Below, one piece after another: positions 61,529-64,000 of a stretch of 64,000 bases of DNA. Made by a program: the position numbers and the translations under genes. Under the pieces are notes generated by a model, which made no database searches, was not told where the DNA came from, and saw only the letters and a list, made by a program, of their open reading frames with translations. The number at the start of each line of letters is the position of its first letter. Position 1 is the stretch's first letter. This stretch comes from Dehalococcoidia bacterium (GTDB lineage: Bacteria; Chloroflexota; Dehalococcoidia; SM23-28-2; RBG-16-64-32), in the NCBI GenBank assembly GCA_963665775.2, contig CAXXTF010000001.1, forward strand, positions 288,001 to 352,000, in the 5' to 3' direction.

Positions 61529-62868
61529 GCGGCTCCGCGCCCCATCCCTACATCCCGAACACCGATGACGACCGCCGCGCCATGCTGGAGGCTATCGGCG
61601 TATCGTCCGTCGACGAGCTGTTCGCGGACATCCCCTCCGATCTGCGCATCGAGGGGCTCGATCTGCCCCCAGCCCTATCGGAGGCCGAGCTGGTGCGGGA
61701 GATGTCGGCCCTGGCCGCCGTTAACGGCGTGCCCGGCAACGGCCCTTCGACCAGCTCAGGACCCGGCCTCGCCTGCTTCCTGGGAGCGGGCGCTTACCGC
61801 CACCTGATTCCCAGCGTCGTCGCCCACGTCGTCGGCCGCAGCGAGTTCTCCACCGCCTACACGCCCTACCAGCCGGAGATCAGCCAGGGGACGCTGCAGA
61901 CCATGTTCGAACTCCAGTCCATGACCTGCGAGTTGATGGCGATGGACGCCGCTAACGCCGGCATGTACGACGGCGCCAGCGCCCTGGCCGAGGCCTGCCT
62001 CATGGCCTGCCGCATCACCGGTCGCGGACGCATCGCCCTGCACGCCAGCCTGAACCCGGCCTACGTCGCCGTCGTGCGGACATACGCCGCCGGCTCCGGC
62101 CTGACCGTCGCGGTGATGGACGCGCCGCGTCTGACGTCCGAGCACGCCTGCCTGGCCGTCCAGCAGCCCGGTTTTCTCGGCGGTCTGGAGGACGTATGGG
62201 CCCTGAGCGAGACGGCCCACGCCGCCGGCGCCCTCTACCTCGCCGTCGTCGATCCCGTATCCCTGGGGCTGCTGGCCCCGCCCGGCGGGTACAGGGCCGA
62301 CATCGCCGTAGCCGAGGGTCAGGGGCTGGGCTGGCCCGTGAGCTTCGGCGGGCCCTACCTGGGGCTTTTCGCCTGCCGCCAGGAGCACCTGCGCCAGATG
62401 CCGGGCCGCATCGTGGGCCGTACCAGGGACCAGGCGGGCCGCGCGGGCTACGTCCTCACCCTACAGACCCGCGAGCAGCATATCCGCCGCGAGCGGGCCA
62501 CCTCCAACATCTGCACCAGTCAGCAGCTCGTGGGGCTGGCGGCGACCGTCTACCTGGCCACGATGGGAAAGCACGGCCTGCGGCAGGTGGCCGAGGCCTG
62601 CTATCACAAGGCCCACTACGCCGCCGAGCGCATCGACGCCCTGCCGGGTTACTCTCTAGCCCTGGATCAGCCCTTCTTCCAGGAGTTCGTCGTCCACTGC
62701 CCCCGGCCCCCTGCCGAGATCAACGCCACGCTCCTGGAGCGGGGATTCACCGGCGGCCTTGACGTGTCGGATCGCATCGAGAGCGGCATGCTGATCTGCG
62801 TCACGGAGGCGAACAGGCGGGAGGAGATCGAGCGGCTGGTGGCGGCGCTGGGAGAGGCCGGGCGGTGA
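61525..62868 (+). CDS. gcvPA: Glycine dehydrogenase subunit 1
   Basis: FLGAGAY, YTPYQPEISQG, REQHIRRERATSNIC. Confidence 0.96.
   Translation: MSGSAPHPYIPNTDDDRRAMLEAIGVSSVDELFADIPSDLRIEGLDLPPALSEAELVREMSALAAVNGVPGNGPSTSSGPGLACFLGAGAYRHLIPSVVAHVVGRSEFSTAYTPYQPEISQGTLQTMFELQSMTCELMAMDAANAGMYDGASALAEACLMACRITGRGRIALHASLNPAYVAVVRTYAAGSGLTVAVMDAPRLTSEHACLAVQQPGFLGGLEDVWALSETAHAAGALYLAVVDPVSLGLLAPPGGYRADIAVAEGQGLGWPVSFGGPYLGLFACRQEHLRQMPGRIVGRTRDQAGRAGYVLTLQTREQHIRRERATSNICTSQQLVGLAATVYLATMGKHGLRQVAEACYHKAHYAAERIDALPGYSLALDQPFFQEFVVHCPRPPAEINATLLERGFTGGLDVSDRIESGMLICVTEANRREEIERLVAALGEAGR
61745..61768 (+). repeat. REP-like mini-insert in frame within gcvPA
   Basis: CTTCGACCAGCTCAGGACCCGG(CC), adding 8 aa (PSTSSGPG). 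Confidence 0.8.
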
Positions 62869-64000
62869 CAACGATCGACCAGCAAGGGCAGGGATCGCCG
62901 CCGGGGCCCGACATCGGCGCCCGCCTGACCTTCGACCTGAGCCGGCCGGGGCGAAAGGGGGTTCTCCTGCCGCCCTTGGACGTGCCTCCGGCCCCGCTGC
63001 CGCCCTCTCGCTTCCTGCGCTCGGAGCTGAACCTGCCGGAGATGGCCCAGAACGACGTGATCCGCTACTTCCTGGGGCTCAGCCGCCTCAACTACAGCAT
63101 CGACACCGGCTTCTACCCCCTGGGCTCCTGCACCATGAAGTACAACCCTAAGGTAAACGAGGACGTGGCGGGCTTGCCCGGCTTCCTCCTGGCCCACCCC
63201 TTGCAGCCGCCGGAGACGGTCCAGGGCGCCCTGGCTGTCCTGCATGAGCTACAGGGCGCGCTGGCGGAGATCACCGGCATGGACGCCGTGAGTCTGGCCC
63301 CGGCGGCCGGCGCTCAGGGCGAGCTGTGCGGCATCCTGATGATCAGAGCCTACCTGGCCGACCAGAGGCGGGGCGACCGCCGGACGGTGCTCGTGCCGGA
63401 CTCCGCCCACGGCACGAACCCGGCCACCGCCGCCATGGGTGGCTTCCGGGTGGTCACCATCCCCTCGGACGCAAAGGGAAACATGGACCTCGACTCTCTG
63501 GAGCGAGCCCTGGACGACGGCGTGGCGGCGATGATGCTAACCCTGCCCTCCACCCTCGGCCTGTTCGACCCGAACATCAGGCGTATCGCGGAGACGCTGC
63601 ACCGGCGCGGGGCGCTGCTCTACGGCGACGGCGCTAATCAGAACGCCTTCCTGGGCCGCGCCCGCTTCGGCGACATGGGGTTCGACGTGGTACACCTCAA
63701 CCTGCACAAGACGTTCTCCACCCCCCACGGAGGGGGCGGCCCCGGCGCCGGCCCCGTCTGCGCCACGACCGAACTCGCTCCCTACCTGCCAGCGCCCATC
63801 GCCGAAAGAGCGGCAGAGTCGTACCGCCTGTCCACTCCGGAGCGCAGCATCGGCAAGACGCTAGCCTTTCATGGCAACTTCGGCGTGCTGGTGCGGGCCC
63901 TGACCTACATCCGCTCGCTCGGTGCCGAGGGGCTGCGCGCCGCCAGCGAGAACGCCGTCGTCAACGCCAACTACGTGCAGGCCCGGCTGCGCGGCGCCTA
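62865..64000 (+). CDS. gcvPB: Glycine dehydrogenase subunit 2 (3' end outside window)
   Basis: GTG overlaps the gcvPA stop; FYPLGSCTMKYNP, PAAGAQGE, PDSAHGTNPA, HLNLHKTFSTPHGGGGPG. Confidence 0.96.
   Translation, partial: MTTIDQQGQGSPPGPDIGARLTFDLSRPGRKGVLLPPLDVPPAPLPPSRFLRSELNLPEMAQNDVIRYFLGLSRLNYSIDTGFYPLGSCTMKYNPKVNEDVAGLPGFLLAHPLQPPETVQGALAVLHELQGALAEITGMDAVSLAPAAGAQGELCGILMIRAYLADQRRGDRRTVLVPDSAHGTNPATAAMGGFRVVTIPSDAKGNMDLDSLERALDDGVAAMMLTLPSTLGLFDPNIRRIAETLHRRGALLYGDGANQNAFLGRARFGDMGFDVVHLNLHKTFSTPHGGGGPGAGPVCATTELAPYLPAPIAERAAESYRLSTPERSIGKTLAFHGNFGVLVRALTYIRSLGAEGLRAASENAVVNANYVQARLRGA

Overview
High-GC bacterial DNA, most consistent with class Dehalococcoidia (Chloroflexota); this is inferred from Tat-lipoprotein ABC solute-binding proteins, doubled CaiB CoA-transferases, an 11-subunit Nuo operon and Cys-containing dockerin-like tags. 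The window has two parts. (1) 1-~34.7 kb is the right part of a heavily rearranged genomic island that ends at a 5' half of tRNA-Thr(CGT). It is a patchwork of phage/ICE remnants (RepA-type AAA helicase, serine recombinase, DUF5131, portal, VapB, R-M controller with C-box, HNH), four IS3-family copies or fragments, IS1/IS481-like remnants and IS1595-like ends. It also carries a 1.55-kb inverted duplication with one intact and one frameshifted variant lipoprotein gene, and an apparently intact 10.7-kb catabolic cluster (three family III CoA-transferases, a VOC enzyme, a peptide/nickel-type ABC SBP and two permeases). (2) 34.8-64 kb is mostly core genome: cyclophilin, lipA, a GlnR-like regulator with 11-bp-periodic GTAAC boxes, amtB, a broken PII gene, two glnA genes, an S8 protease, nuoABCDHIJKLMN, valS, a DUF4145/HEPN gene and gcvT-H-PA-PB. 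I found no CRISPR array, rRNA, retroelement or complete defence system. Best candidates for undescribed biology: the inverted intact/silent lipoprotein pair, a Cys-paired dockerin-like module shared by two proteases, a 23-24 bp REP-like insert found inside two genes, a CaiB-fold enzyme lacking the catalytic Asp, and a repeated helical tail on NuoC.
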